DNA from: Eledone cirrhosa
Taxonomy: Eukaryota
Length of the DNA stretch: 64,000 nt
Direction of reading: 5' to 3'
Assembly: GCA_964016885.1 (NCBI GenBank)
Contig: OZ024743.1
Location: 134,354,001 to 134,418,000, forward strand
Made by a program: the position numbers and the translations under genes. Every line of letters begins with the position of its first letter. The stretch's first letter is position 1. Below, in pieces: positions 1-15,393 of this stretch. The notes beneath the pieces are model-generated. The model did no database searches. It saw only the letters and a program-made list of their open reading frames with translations, and was not told the origin of the DNA.

Positions 1-815
1 AAACACCAAACACCAAGCACCAATCACCAAACACCAAGCACCAAGCGCCAAGCACCAGACACCAAGCACCAAGCACCAAACACCAAGCACCAAGCACCAA
101 ACACCAAGCACCAAGCACCAAGCACCAAGCACCAAGCACCAAACACCAAGCACCAAGCACCAAACAGCAAACACCAACCAGCAAACACCAAACACCAAAC
201 ACCAAACAGCAAACACCAAACAGCAAACACCAAACAGCAAACAGCAAACACCAAACACCAAGCACCAAGCACCAAGCACCAAGCACCAAGCACCAAACAC
301 CAAGCACCAAGCACCAAGCACCAAGCACCAAGCACCAAACACCAAGCACCAAGCACCAAACAGCATACACCAAGCACCAAACACCAAACACCAAGCACCA
401 AGCACCAAACACCAAACACCAAACACCAAGCACCAAGCCCCAAGCACCAAACACCAAGCACCAAGCACCAAACACCAAGCACGAAGCACCAAGCACCATG
501 CACCAAACACCAAGCACCAAGCACCAAACAGCAAACACCAAACAGCAAACACCAAACACCAAACACCAACCAGCAAACACCAAACACCAAACACCAAACA
601 GCAAACACCAAACAGCAAACACCAAACAGCAAACAGCAAACACCAAACACCAAACAGCAAATGCCAAAAAGCAAACGCCAAACCCCAAACGCCAAACAGC
701 AAATGCCAAACCCCAAACGCCAAACAGCAAACGCCAAGCGCCAAACGCCAAACACCAAGTGCCAAGCACCAAACACCAAACACCAAGCACCAAGCACCAA
801 GCACCAAACACCAAA

Positions 816-899
816 CAGCAAACGCCAAAAAGCAAACGCCAAACCCCATACGCCAAACAGCAAATGCCAAATCCCAAACGCCAAACAGCAAACGCCAAG
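816..899. repeat. Representative copy of an 84-bp (12-heptamer) divergent CpG-rich cassette
   Basis: Consensus CAGCAAA CGCCAAA AAGCAAA CGCCAAA CCCCATA CGCCAAA CAGCAAA TGCCAAA CCCCAAA CGCCAAA CAGCAAA CGCCAAG (this copy has TCCCAAA at unit 9). It recurs at about 1278, 1481, 2538, 2740, 4077, 4539, 5841, 6303 and many more sites up to ~24.8 kb, then at ~40197, 40400, 50330, 52460, 55745 and 57870. Confidence 0.93.
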
Positions 900-3800
900 C
901 ACCAAACACCAAACACCAAGCGCCAAGCACCAAACACCAAACACCAAGCACCAAGCACCAAACACCAAACACCAAGCACCAATCACCAAACACCAAGCAC
1001 CAAGCGCCAAGCACCAAACACCAAACACCTAGCACCAAGCACCAAGCACCAAACACCAAGTACCAAACACCAATCACCAAGCCCCAAGCACCAAACACCA
1101 AGCGCCAAGCACCAAACACCAAACACCAAGCACCAAGCACCCAGAACCAAGCACCAAGCACCAAACACCAAGCACCAAGCACCGAGCACCAAACACCAAG
1201 AACCAAGCACCAAGCTCTAAACACCAAACACCAAGCACCAAGCACCAAACACCAAACACCAAACACCAAACACCAAACAGCAAATGCCAAAAAGCAAACG
1301 CCAAACCCCAAACGCCAAACAGTAAATGCCAAACCCCAAACGCCAAACAGCAAACGCCAAGCGCCAAACGCCAAATACCAAGCGCCAAGCACCAAACACC
1401 AAACACCAAGCACCAAGCACCAAACACCAAACACCAAGCACCAAGTACCAAACACCAAACACCAAGCACCAAACACCAAACAGCAAACGCCAAAAAGCAA
1501 ACGCCAAACCCCATACGCCAAACAGCAAATGCCAAACCCCAAACGCCAAACAGCAAACGCCAAGCACCGAACACCAAACACCAAGAACCAAGCACCAAGC
1601 ACTAAACACCAAACACCAAGCACCAAGCACCAAACACCAAACACCAAGCACCAAGCACCGAGCACCAAACACCAAGAACCAAGCACCAAGCACTAAACAC
1701 CAAACACCAAGCACCAAGCACCAAACACCAAACACCAAGCACCAAACACCAAACAGCAAACGCCAAAAAGCAAACGCCAAACCCCATACGCCAAACAGCA
1801 AATGCCAAACTCCAAACGCCAAACAGCAAACGCCAGACACCAAACACCAAACACCAAGCGCCAAGCACCAAACACCAAACACCAAGCACCAAGCACCAAA
1901 CACCAAACACCAAGCACCAATCACCAAACACCAAGCACCAAGCAACAAACACCAAACACCAAGCACCAAGTACCAAACACCAAACACCAAGCACCAAACA
2001 CCAAACAGCAAACGCCAAAAAGCAAACGCCAAACCCCATACGCCAAACAGCAAATGCCAAACCCCAAACGCCAAACAGCAAACGCCAAGCACCGAACACC
2101 AAGCTCCAAGCACCAAACACCAAGCACCAAACACCAAACACCAAGCACCAAGCACCAAACACCAAGCACCAAGCGCCAAACACCAAACACCAAGCACCAA
2201 GCACCAAACACCAAGCACCAACCACCAAGCACCAAACACCAAGCACCAAGCACCAAGCACCAAGCACCAAACACCAAGCACCAAGCACCAAACAGCAAAC
2301 ACCAAGCACCAAACACCAAACACCAAGCACCAAGCAACAAACACCAAACACCAAGCACCAAACACCAAGCACCAAGCCCCAAGCACGAAACACCAAGCAC
2401 CAAGCACGAAACACCAAGCACCAAGCACCAAGCACCATGCACCAAACACCAAGCACCAAGCACCAAACAGCAAACACCAAACAGCAAACACCAAACAGCA
2501 AACACCAAACAGCAAACACCAAACAGCAAACACCAAACAGCAAACGCCAAAAAGCAAACGCCAAACTCCAAACGCCAAACAGCAAATGCCAAACCCAAAC
2601 GCCAAACAGCAAACGCCAAGCACAAAACACCAAACACCAAGCACCAAGCACCAAACACCAAACACCAAGCACCAAGCACCAAACACCAAACACCAAGCAC
2701 CAAGTACCAAACACCAAACACCAAGCACCAAACACCAAACAGCAAACGCAAAAAAGCAAACGCCAAACCCCATACGCCAAACAGAAAATGCCAAACCCCA
2801 AATGCCAAACGGCAAACGCCAAGCACCAAACACCAAACACCAAGCGCCAAGCACCAAACACCAAACACCAAGCACCAAGCACCAAACACCAAACACCAAG
2901 CACCAATCACCAAACACCAAACACCAAGCGCCAAACACCAAACACCAAACACCTATCACCAAGCACCAAGCACCAAACACCAAGCACCAAACACCAAGCA
3001 CCAAGCACCAAGCACCAAGCACCAAACACCAATCACCAAGCCCCAAGCACCAAACACCAAGCACCCAGCACCAAACACCAAACACCAAGCACCAAGCACC
3101 CAGAACAAAGCACCAAGCACCAGACACCAAACACCAAGCTCCAAGCACCAAACACCAAACACCAAGCACCAAGCACCAAGCACCAAACACCAAACACCAA
3201 GCACCAATCACCAAGCACCAAACACCAAGCACCAAACACCAAACACCAAACACCAAGCACCAAGCACCAAACACCAAACACCAAGCACCAAGCACCAAGC
3301 ACCAAGCACCAAACACCATACACCAAACAGCAAACGCCAAAAAGCAAACGCCAAACCCCATACGCCAAACAGCAAATGCCAAACCCCAAACGCCAAACAG
3401 CAAACGCCAAGCACCAAACACCAAACACCAAGCGCCAAGCACCAAACACCAAACACCAAGCACCAAGCACCAAACACCAAACACCAAGCACCAATCACCA
3501 AACACCAAGCACCAAGCGCCAAGCACCAGACACCAAGCACCAAGCACCAAACACCAAACACCAAGCACCAAGCACTAAACACCAAACACCAAGCACCAAG
3601 CACCAAGCACCAAGCACCAAGCACCAAACACCAAGCACCAAGCACCAAGCACCAAGCACCAAGCACCAAACACCAAGCACCAAGCACCGAACAGCAAACA
3701 CCAAGCACCAAACACCAAACACCAAGCACCAAGCACCAAACACCAAACACCAAACACCAAGCACCAAGCCCCAAGCACCAAACACCAAGCACCAAGCACC

Positions 3801-3919
3801 AAACACCAAGCACGAAGCACCAAGCACCATGCACCAAACAACAAGCACCAAGCACCAAACAGCAAACACCAAACACCAAGCACCAAGCACCAAACACCAA
3901 GCACGAAGCACCAAGCACC

Positions 3920-6900
3920 ATGCACCAAACAACAAGCACCAAGCACCAAACAGCAAACACCAAACAGCAAACACCAAACACCAAACACCAACCAGCAAAC
4001 ACCAAACACCAAACACCAAACAGCAAACACCAAACAGCAAACACCAAACAGCAAACACCAAACACCAAACACCAAACAGCAAACGCCAAAAAGCAAACGC
4101 CAAACCCCATACGCCAAACAGCAAATGCCAAACCCCAAACGCCAAACAGCAAACGCCAAGCACCGAACACCAAACACCAAGCGCCAAGCACCAAACACCA
4201 AACACCAAGCACCAAGCACCAAACACCAAACACCAAGCACCAATCACCAAACACCAAGCACCAAGCGCCAAGCACCAAACACCAAACACCTAGCACCAAG
4301 CACCAAGCACCAAACACCAAGTACCAAACACCAATCACCAAGCCCCAAGCACCAAACACCAAGCACCAAGCACCAAACACCAAACACCAAGCACCAAGCA
4401 CCCAGAACCAAGCACCAAGCACCAAACACCAAGCACCAAGCACCGAGCACCAAACACCAAGAACCAAGCACCAAGCACTAAACACCAAACACCAAGCACC
4501 AAGCACCAAACACCATACACCAAGCACCAAACACCAAACAGCAAACGCCAAAAAGCAAACGCCATACCCCATATGCCAAACAGCAAATGCCAAACTCCAA
4601 ACGCCAAACAGCAAACGCCAGGCACCAAACACCAAACACCAAGCGCCAAGCACCAAACACCAAACACCAAGCACCAAGCACCAAACACCAAACACCAAGC
4701 ACCAATCACCAAACACCAAGCACCAAGCGCCAAGCACCAAACACCAAACACCTAGCACCAAGCACCAAGCACCAAACACCAAGCACCAAACACCAATCAC
4801 CAAGCCCCAAGCACCAAACACCAAGCACCAAGCACCAAACACCAAACACCAAGCACCAAGCACCAAGGACCAAGCACCAAACACCAAGCACCAAGCACCG
4901 AGCACCAAACACCAAGAACCAAGCACCAAGCACTAAACACCAAACACCAAGCACCAAGCACCAAACACCAAACACCAAGCACCAAGTACAAAACTCCAAA
5001 CACCAAACACCAAGCACCAAGCACCAAATCCCAAGCACCAAACACCAAGCACCAATCACCAAACACCAAATACCAAGCACCAAGCACCAAACTCCAAAAA
5101 CCAAGCACCAAGCACCAAGCACCAAACACCAAACGCCAAACACCAAACACCAAGCACCAAGCACGAAACACCAAGCACCAAGCACCGAGCACCAAACACC
5201 AAGTACCAAGCACCAATCACCAAACACCAAGCACCAAGCACCAAACACCAAACACCAAGCACCAAGCACCAAGCATCAAGCACCAAGCACCAAACACCAA
5301 CCACCAAGCACCAAACACCAAACACAAAACAACAAGTACCAAGCACCAAACACCAAACACCAAACACCAAACACCAAGCACAAGACACCAAGCACCAAGC
5401 ACCAAGCACCAAGCACCAAAAACCAAGCACCAAGCTCCAAGCACCAAACACCAAGCACCAAACACCAAACACCAAGCACCAAGCAACAAACACCAAGCAC
5501 CAAGCACCAAGCACCAAGCACCAAACACCAAGCACCAACCACCAAACAGCAAACACCAAGCACCAAACACCAAACACCAAGCACCAAGCACCAAACACCA
5601 AACACCAAACACCAAGCACCAAGCCCCAAGCACCAAACACCAAGCACCAAGCACCAAACACCAAGCACGAAGCACCAAGCACCATGCACCAAACACCAAG
5701 CACCAAGCACCAAACAGCAAACACCAAACAGCAAACACCAAACACCAAACACCAACCAGCAAACACCAAACACCAAACACCAAACAGCAAACACCAAACA
5801 GCAAACACCAAACAGCAAACACCAAACACCAAACACCAAACAGCAAACGCCAAAAAGCAAACGCCAAACCCCATACGCCAAACAGCAAATGCCAAACCCC
5901 AAACGCCAAACAGCAAACGCCAAGCACCGAACACCAAACACCAAGCGCCAAGCACCAAACACCAAACACCAAGCACCAAGCACCAAACACCAAACACCAA
6001 GCACCAATCACCAAACACCAAGCACCAAGCGCCAAGCACCAAACACCAAACACCTAGCACCAAGCACCAAGCACCAAACACCAAGTACCAAACACCAATC
6101 ACCAAGCCCCAAGTACCAAACACCAAGCACCAAGCACCAAACACCAAACACCAAGCACCAAGCACCCAGAACCAAGCACCAAGCACCAAACACCAAGCAC
6201 CAAGCACCGAGCACCAAACACCAAGAACCAAGCACCAAGCACTAAACACCAAACACCAAGCACCAAGCACCAAACACCATACACCAAGCACCAAACACCA
6301 AACAGCAAACCCCAAAAAGCAAACGCCAAACCCCATATGCCAAACAGCAAATGCCAAACTCCAAACGCCAAACAGCAAACGCCAGGCACCAAACACCAAA
6401 CACCAAGCGCCAAGCACCAAACACCAAACACCAAGCACCAAGCACCAAACACCAAACACCAAGCACCAATCACCAAACACCAAGCACCAAGCGCCAAGCA
6501 CCAAACACCAAACACCTAGCACCAAGCACCAAGCACCAAACACCAAGCACCAAACACCAATCACCAAGCCCCAAGCACCAAACACCAAGCACCAAGCACC
6601 AAACACCAAACACCAAGCACCAAGCACCAAGGACCAAGCACCAAACACCAAGCACCAAGCACCGAGCACCAAACACCAAGAACCAAGCACCAAGCACTAA
6701 ACACCAAACACCAAGCACCAAGCACCAAACACCAAACACCAAGCACCAAGTACAAAACTCCAAACACCAAACACCAAGCACCAAGCACCAAATCCCAAGC
6801 ACCAAACACCAAGCACCAATCACCAAACACCAAACACCAAGCACCAAGCACCAAACTCCAAAAACCAAGCACCAAGCACCAAGCACCAAACACCAAACGC
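3920..6900. repeat. Direct repeat of ~1.2 kb at offset 1764 bp (252 heptamers): ~3920-5140 vs ~5684-6900
   Basis: Matching ORF pairs 4244..4474/6008..6238, 4478..4705/6242..6469 and starts 4587/6351. Shared rare markers CCCCATA-TGCCAAA, CGCCAGG, GACCAAG and TACAAAA-CTCCAAA. Confidence 0.85.
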
Positions 6901-9900
6901 CAAACACCAAACACCAAGTACCAAGCACCAAACACCAAGCACCAAGCGCCAAAGACCAAACACCAAGCACCAAGCACGAAACACCAAGCACCAAGCACCG
7001 AGCACCAAACACCAAGTACCAAGCACCAATCACCAAACACCAAGCACCAAGCACCAAACACCAAACACCAAGCACCAAGCACCAAGCATCAAGCACCAAG
7101 CACCAAACACCAACCACCAAGCACCAAACACCAAACACAAAACAACAAGTACCAAGCACCAAACACCAAACACCAAACACCAAACACCAAGCACCAAGCA
7201 CAAGACACCAAGCACCAAGCACCAAGCACCAAGCACCAAAAACCAAGCACCAAGCTCCAAGCACCAAACACCAAGCACCAAACACCAAACACCAAGCACC
7301 AAGCACCAAACACCAAGCACCAAGCGCCAAACACCAAACACCAAGCACCAAGCACCAAACACCAAGCACCAACCACCAAGCACCAAACACCAAGCACCAA
7401 GCACCAAGCACCAAGCACCAAGCACCAAACACCAAGCACCAAGCACCAAACAGCAAACACCAAGCACCAAACACCAAACACCAAGCACCAAGCAACAAAC
7501 ACCAAACACCAAGCACCAAACACCAAGCACCAAGCCCCAAGCACGAAACACCAAGCACCAAGCACGAAACACCAAGCACCAAGCACCAAGCACCATGCAC
7601 CAAACACCAAGCACCAAGCACCAAACAGCAAACACCAAACAGCAAACACCAAACAGCAAACACCAAACAGCAAACACCAAACAGCAAACACCAAACAGCA
7701 AACGCCAAAAAGCAAACGCCAAACTCCAAACGCCAAACAGCAAATGCCAAACCCAAACGCCAAACAGCAAACGCCAAGCACAAAACACCAAACACCAAGC
7801 GCCAAGCACCAAACACCAAACACCAAGCACCAAGCACCAAACACCAAACACCAAGCACCAAGTACCAAACACCAAACACCAAGCACCAAACACCAAACAG
7901 CAAACGCAAAAAAGCAAACGCCAAACCCCATACGCGAAACAGCAAATGCCAAACCCCAAATGCCAAACGGCAAACGCCAAGCACCAAACACCAAACACCA
8001 AGCGCCAAGCACCAAACACCAAACACCAAGCACCAAGCACCAAACACCAAACACCAAGCACCAATCACCAAACACCAAACACCAAGCGCCAAACACCAAA
8101 CACCAAACACCTATCACCAAGCACCAAGCACCAAACACCAAGCACCAAACACCAAGCACCAAGCACCAAGCACCAAGCACCAAACACCAATCACCAAGCC
8201 CCAAGCACCAAACACCAAGCACCCAGCACCAAACACCAAACACCAAGCACCAAGCACCCAGAACAAAGCACCAAGCACCAAACACCAAACACCAAGCTCC
8301 AAGCACCAAACACCAAACACCAAGCACCAAGCACCAAGCACCAAACACCATACACCAAACAGCAAACGCCAAAAAGCAAACGCCAAACCCCATACGCCAA
8401 ACAGCAAATGCCAAACCCCAAACGCCAAACAGCAAACGCCAAGCACCAAACACCAAACACCAAGCGCCAAGCAACAAACACCAAACACCAAGCACCAAGC
8501 ACCAAACACCAAACACCAAGCACCAATCACCAAACACCAAGCACCAAGCGCCAAGCACCAGACACCAAGCACCAAGCACCAAACACCAAACACCAAGCAC
8601 CAAGCACTAAACACCAAACACCAAGCACCAAGCACCAAGCACCAAGCACCAAGCACCAAACACCAAGCACCAAGCACCAAGCACCAAGCACCAAGCACCA
8701 AACACCAAGCACCAAGCACCAAACAGCAAACACCAAGCACCAAACACCAAACACCAAGCACCAAGCACCAAACACCAAACACCAAACACCAAGCACCAAG
8801 CCCCAAGCACCAAACACCAAGCACCAAGCACCAAACACCAAGCACGAAGCACCAAGCACCATGCACCAAACACCAAGCACCAAGCACCAAACAGCAAACA
8901 CCAAACAGCAAACACCAAACACCAAACACCAACCAGCAAACACCAAACACCAAACACCAAACAGCAAACACCAAACACCAAACACCAAACAGCAAACACC
9001 AAACACCAAACACCAAACCGCAAATGCCAAAAAGCAAACGCCAAACCCCAAACGCCAAACAGCAAATGCCAAACCCCAAACGCCAAACAGCAAACGCCAA
9101 GCGCCAAACGCCAAACACCTAGTGCCAAGCACCAAACACCAAACACCAAGCACCAAGCACCAAGCACCAAACACCAAACAGCAAACGCCAAAAAGCAAAC
9201 GCCAAACCCCATACGCCAAACAGCAAATGCCAAACCCCAAACGCAAAACAGCAAACGCCAAGCACCAAACACCAAACACCAAGCGCCAAGCACCAAACAC
9301 CAAACACCAAGCACCAAGCACCAAACACCAAACACCAAGCACCAATCACCAAACACCAAGCACCAAGCGCCAAGCACCAAACACCAAACACCTAGCACCA
9401 AGCACCAAGCACCAAACACCAAGTACCAAACACCAATCAGCAAGCCCCAAGCACCAAACACCAAGCGCCAAGCACCAAACACCAAACACCAAGCACCAAG
9501 CACCCAGAACCAAGCACCAAGCACCAAACACCAAGCACCAAGCACCGAGCACCAAACACCAAGAACCAAGCACCAAGCTCTAAACACCAAACACCAAGCA
9601 CCAAGCACCAAACACCAAACACCAAACACCAAACACCAAACAGCAAATGCCAAAAAGCAAACGCCAAACCCCAAACGCCAAACAGTAAATGCCAAACCCC
9701 AAACGCCAAACAGCAAACGCCAAGCGCCAAACGCCAAACACCAAGCGCCAAGCACCAAACACCAAACACCAAGCACCAAGCACCAAACACCAAACACCAA
9801 GCACCAAGTACCAAACACCAAACACCAAGCACCAAACACCAAACAGCAAACGCCAAAAAGCAAACGCCAAACCCCATACGCCAAACAGCAAATGCCAAAC

Positions 9901-12900
9901 CCCAAACGCCAAACAGCAAACGCCAAGCACCGAACACCAAACACCAAGAACCAAGCACCAAGCACTAAACACCAAACACCAAGCACCAAGCACCAAACAC
10001 CAAACACCAAGCACCAAGCACCGAGCACCAAACACCAAGAACCAAGTACCAAGCACTAAACACCAAACACCAAGCACCAAGCACCAAACACCAAACACCA
10101 AGCACCAAACACCAAACAGCAAACGCCAAAAAGCAAACGCCAAACCCCATACGCCAAACAGCAAATGCCAAACTCCAAACGCCAAACAGCAAACGCCAGG
10201 CACCAAACACCAAACACCAAGCGCCAAGCACCAAACACCAAACACCAAGCACCAAGCACCAAACACCAAACACCAAGCACCAATCACCGAACACCAAGCA
10301 CCAAGCGCCAAGCACCAAACACCAAACACCTAGCACCAAGCACCAAGCACCAAACACCAAGCACCAAACACCAATCACCAAGCCCCAAGCACCAAACACC
10401 AAGCACCAAGCACCAAACACCAAACACCAAGCACCAAGCACCAAGGACCAAGCACCAAACACCAAGCACCAAGCACCGAGCACCAAACACCAAGAACCAA
10501 GCACCAAGCACCAAACACCAAGCACCAAGCACCAAACACCAAGCACGAAGCACCAAGCACCATGCACCAAACACCAAGCACCAAGCACCAAACAGCAAAC
10601 ACCAAACAGCAAACACCAAACACCAAACACCAACCAGCAAACACCAAACACCAAACACCAAACAGCAAACACCAAACAGCAAACACCAAACAGCAAACAC
10701 CAAACACCAAACACCAAACAGCAAACGCCAAAAAGCAAACGCCAAACCCCATACGCCAAACAGCAAATGCCAAACCCCAAACGCCAAACAGCAAACGCCA
10801 AGCACCGAACACCAAACACCAAGCGCCAAGCACCAAACACCAAACACCAAGCACCAAGCACCAAACACCAAACACCAAGCACCAATCACCAAACACCAAG
10901 CACCAAGCGCCAAGCACCAAACACCAAACACCTAGCACCAAGCACCAAGCACCAAACACCAAGTACCAAACACCAATCACCAAGCCCCAAGCACCAAACA
11001 CCAAGCACCAAGCACCAAACACCAAACACCAAGCACCAAGCACCCAGAACCAAGCACCAAGCACCAAACACCAAGCACCAAGCACCGAGCACCAAACACC
11101 AAGAACCAAGCACCAAGCACTAAACACCAAACACCAAGCACCAAGCACCAAACACCATACACCAAGCACCAAACACCAAACAGCAAACCCCAAAAAGCAA
11201 ACGCCAAACCCCATATGCCAAACAGCAAATGCCAAACTCCAAACGCCAAACAGCAAACGCCAGGCACCAAACACCAAACACCAAGCGCCAAGCACCAAAC
11301 ACCAAACACCAAGCACCAAGCACCAAACACCAAACACCAAGCACCAATCACCAAACACCAAGCACCAAGCGCCAAGCACCAAACACCAAACACCTAGCAC
11401 CAAGCACCAAGCACCAAACACCAAGCACCAAACACCAATCACCAAGCCCCAAGCACCAAACACCAAGCACCAAGCACCAAACACCAAACACCAAGCACCA
11501 AGCACCAAGGACCAAGCACCAAACACCAAGCATCAAGCACCGAGCACCAAACACCAAGAACCAAGCACCAAGCACTAAACACCAAACACCAAGCACCAAG
11601 CACCAAACACCAAACACCAAGCACCAAGTACAAAACTCCAAACACCAAACACCAAGCACCAAGCACCAAATCCCAAGCACCAAACACCAAGCACCAATCA
11701 CCAAACACCAAACACCAAGCACCAAGCACCAAACTCCAAAAACCAAGCACCAAGCACCAAGCACCAAACACCAAACGCCAAACACCAAACACCAAGTACC
11801 AAGCACCAAACACCAAGCACCAAGCGCCAAAGACCAAACACCAAGCACCAAGCACGAAACACCAAGCACCAAGCACCGAGCACCAAACACCAAGTACCAA
11901 GCACCAATCACCAAACACCAAGCACCAAGCACCAAACACCAAACACCAAGCACCAAGCACCAAGCATCAAGCACCAAGCACCAAACACCAACCACCAAGC
12001 ACCAAACACCAAACACAAAACAACAAGTACCAAGCACCAAACACCAAACACCAAACACCAAACACCAAGCACCAAGCACAAGACACCAAGCACCAAGCAC
12101 CAAGCACCAAGCACCAAAAACCAAGCACCAAGCTCCAAGCACCAAACACCAAGCACCAAACACCAAACACCAAGCACCAAGCACCAAACACCAAGCACCA
12201 AGCGCCAAACACCAAACACCAAGCACCAAGCACCAAACACCAAGCACCAACCACCAAGCACCAAACACCAAGCACCAAGCACCAAGCACCAAGCACCAAG
12301 CACCAAACACCAAGCACCAAGCACCAAACAGCAAACACCAAGCACCAAACACCAAACACCAAGCACCAAGCAACAAACACCAAACACCAAGCACCAAACA
12401 CCAAGCACCAAGCCCCAAGCACGAAACACCAAGCACCAAGCACGAAACACCAAGCACCAAGCACCAAGCACCATGCACCAAACACCAAGCACCAAGCACC
12501 AAACAGCAAACACCAAACAGCAAACACCAAACAGCAAACACCAAACAGCAAACACCAAACAGCAAACACCAAACAGCAAACGCCAAAAAGCAAACGCCAA
12601 ACTCCAAACGCCAAACAGCAAATGCCAAACCCAAACGCCAAACAGCAAACGCCAAGCACAAAACACCAAACACCAAGCGCCAAGCACCAAACACCAAACA
12701 CCAAGCACCAAGCACCAAACACCAAACACCAAGCACCAAGTACCAAACACCAAACACCAAGCACCAAACACCAAACAGCAAACGCAAAAAAGCAAACGCC
12801 AAACCCCATACGCGAAACAGCAAATGCCAAACCCCAAATGCCAAACGGCAAACGCCAAGCACCAAACACCAAACACCAAGCGCCAAGCACCAAACACCAA

Positions 12901-15393
12901 ACACCAAGCACCAAGCACCAAACACCAAACACCAAGCACCAATCACCAAACACCAAACACCAAGCGCCAAACACCAAACACCAAACACCTATCACCAAGC
13001 ACCAAGCACCAAACACCAAGCACCAAACACCAAGCACCAAGCACCAAGCACCAAGCACCAAACACCAATCACCAAGCCCCAAGCACCAAACACCAAGCAC
13101 CCAGCACCAAACACCAAACACCAAGCACCAAGCACCCAGAACAAAGCACCAAGCACCAAACACCAAACACCAAGCTCCAAGCACCAAACACCAAACACCA
13201 AGCACCAAGCACCAAGCACCAAACACCATACACCAAACAGCAAACGCCAAAAAGCAAACGCCAAACCCCATACGCCAAACAGCAAATGCCAAACCCCAAA
13301 CGCCAAACAGCAAACGCCAAGCACCAAACACCAAACACCAAGCGCCAAGCAACAAACACCAAACACCAAGCACCAAGCACCAAACACCAAACACCAAGCA
13401 CCAATCACCAAACACCAAGCACCAAGCGCCAAGCACCAGACACCAAGCACCAAGCACCAAACACCAAACACCAAGCACCAAGCACTAAACACCAAACACC
13501 AAGCACCAAGCACCAAGCACCAAGCACCAAGCACCAAACACCAAGCACCAAGCACCAAGCACCAAGCACCAAGCACCAAACACCAAGCACCAAGCACCAA
13601 ACAGCAAACACCAAGCACCAAACACCAAACACCAAGCACCAAGCACCAAACACCAAACACCAAACACCAAGCACCAAGCCCCAAGCACCAAACACCAAGC
13701 ACCAAGCACCAAACACCAAGCACGAAGCACCAAGCACCATGCACCAAACACCAAGCACCAAGCACCAAACAGCAAACACCAAACAGCAAACACCAAACAC
13801 CAAACACCAACCAGCAAACACCAAACACCAAACACCAAACAGCAAACACCAAACACCAAACACCAAACAGCAAACACCAAACACCAAACACCAAACCGCA
13901 AATGCCAAAAAGCAAACGCCAAACCCCAAACGCCAAACAGCAAATGCCAAACCCCAAACGCCAAACAGCAAACGCCAAGCGCCAAACGCCAAACACCTAG
14001 TGCCAAGCACCAAACACCAAACACCAAACACCAAGCACCAAGCACCAAGCACCAAACACCAAACAGCAAACGCCAAAAAGCAAACGCCAAACCCCATACG
14101 CCAAACAGCAAATGCCAAACCCCAAACGCAAAACAGCAAACGCCAAGCACCAAACACCAAACACCAAGCGCCAAGCACCAAACACCAAACACCAAGCACC
14201 AAGCACCAAACACCAAACACCAAGCACCAATCACCAAACACCAAGCACCAAGCGCCAAGCACCAAACACCAAACACCTAGCACCAAGCACCAAGCACCAA
14301 ACACCAAGTACCAAACACCAATCAGCAAGCCCCAAGCACCAAACACCAAGCGCCAAGCACCAAACACCAAACACCAAGCACCAAGCACCCAGAACCAAGC
14401 ACCAAGCACCAAACACCAAGCACCAAGCACCGAGCACCAAACACCAAGAACCAAGCACCAAGCTCTAAACACCAAACACCAAGCACCAAGCACCAAACAC
14501 CAAACACCAAACACCAAACACCAAACAGCAAATGCCAAAAAGCAAACGCCAAACCCCAAACGCCAAACAGTAAATGCCAAACCCCAAACGCCAAACAGCA
14601 AACGCCAAGCGCCAAACGCCAAACACCAAGCGCCAAGCACCAAACACCAAACACCAAGCACCAAGCACCAAACACCAAACACCAAGCACCAAGTACCAAA
14701 CACCAAACACCAAGCACCAAACACCAAACAGCAAACGCCAAAAAGCAAACGCCAAACCCCATACGCCAAACAGCAAATGCCAAACCCCAAACGCCAAACA
14801 GCAAACGCCAAGCACCGAACACCAAACACCAAGAACCAAGCACCAAGCACTAAACACCAAACACCAAGCACCAAGCACCAAACACCAAACACCAAGCACC
14901 AAGCACCGAGCACCAAACACCAAGAACCAAGTACCAAGCACTAAACACCAAACACCAAGCACCAAGCACCAAACACCAAACACCAAGCACCAAACACCAA
15001 ACAGCAAACGCCAAAAAGCAAACGCCAAACCCCATACGCCAAACAGCAAATGCCAAACTCCAAACGCCAAACAGCAAACGCCAGGCACCAAACACCAAAC
15101 ACCAAGCGCCAAGCACCAAACACCAAACACCAAGCACCAAGCACCAAACACCAAACACCAAGCACCAATCACCAAACACCAAGCACCAAGCGCCAAGCAC
15201 CAAACACCAAACACCTAGCACCAAGCACCAAGCACCAAACACCAAGCACCAAACACCAATCACCAAGCCCCAAGCACCAAACACCAAGCACCAAGCACCA
15301 AACACCAAACACCAAGCACCAAGCACCAAGGACCAAGCACCAAACACCAAGCACCAAGCACCGAGCACCAAACACCAAGAACCAAGCACCAAG
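5631..15393. repeat. Near-identical tandem duplication, unit ~4878-4885 bp (copy 1 ~5631-10508, copy 2 ~10509-15393)
   Basis: Equal-length ORF pairs at constant offset 4878 (5684/10562, 6351..9122/11229..14000, 7089/11967, 8114/12992). The offset becomes 4885 after one extra heptamer near 14020 (9346/14231, 10056/14941). Confidence 0.93.

Noticed and set aside
1217-3571. Minus-strand W/C/L/V/G-rich ORFs resembling membrane proteins
   Set aside because: The hydrophobicity follows directly from TG-rich codons in (YTTGGTG)n. There is no loop or topology structure.
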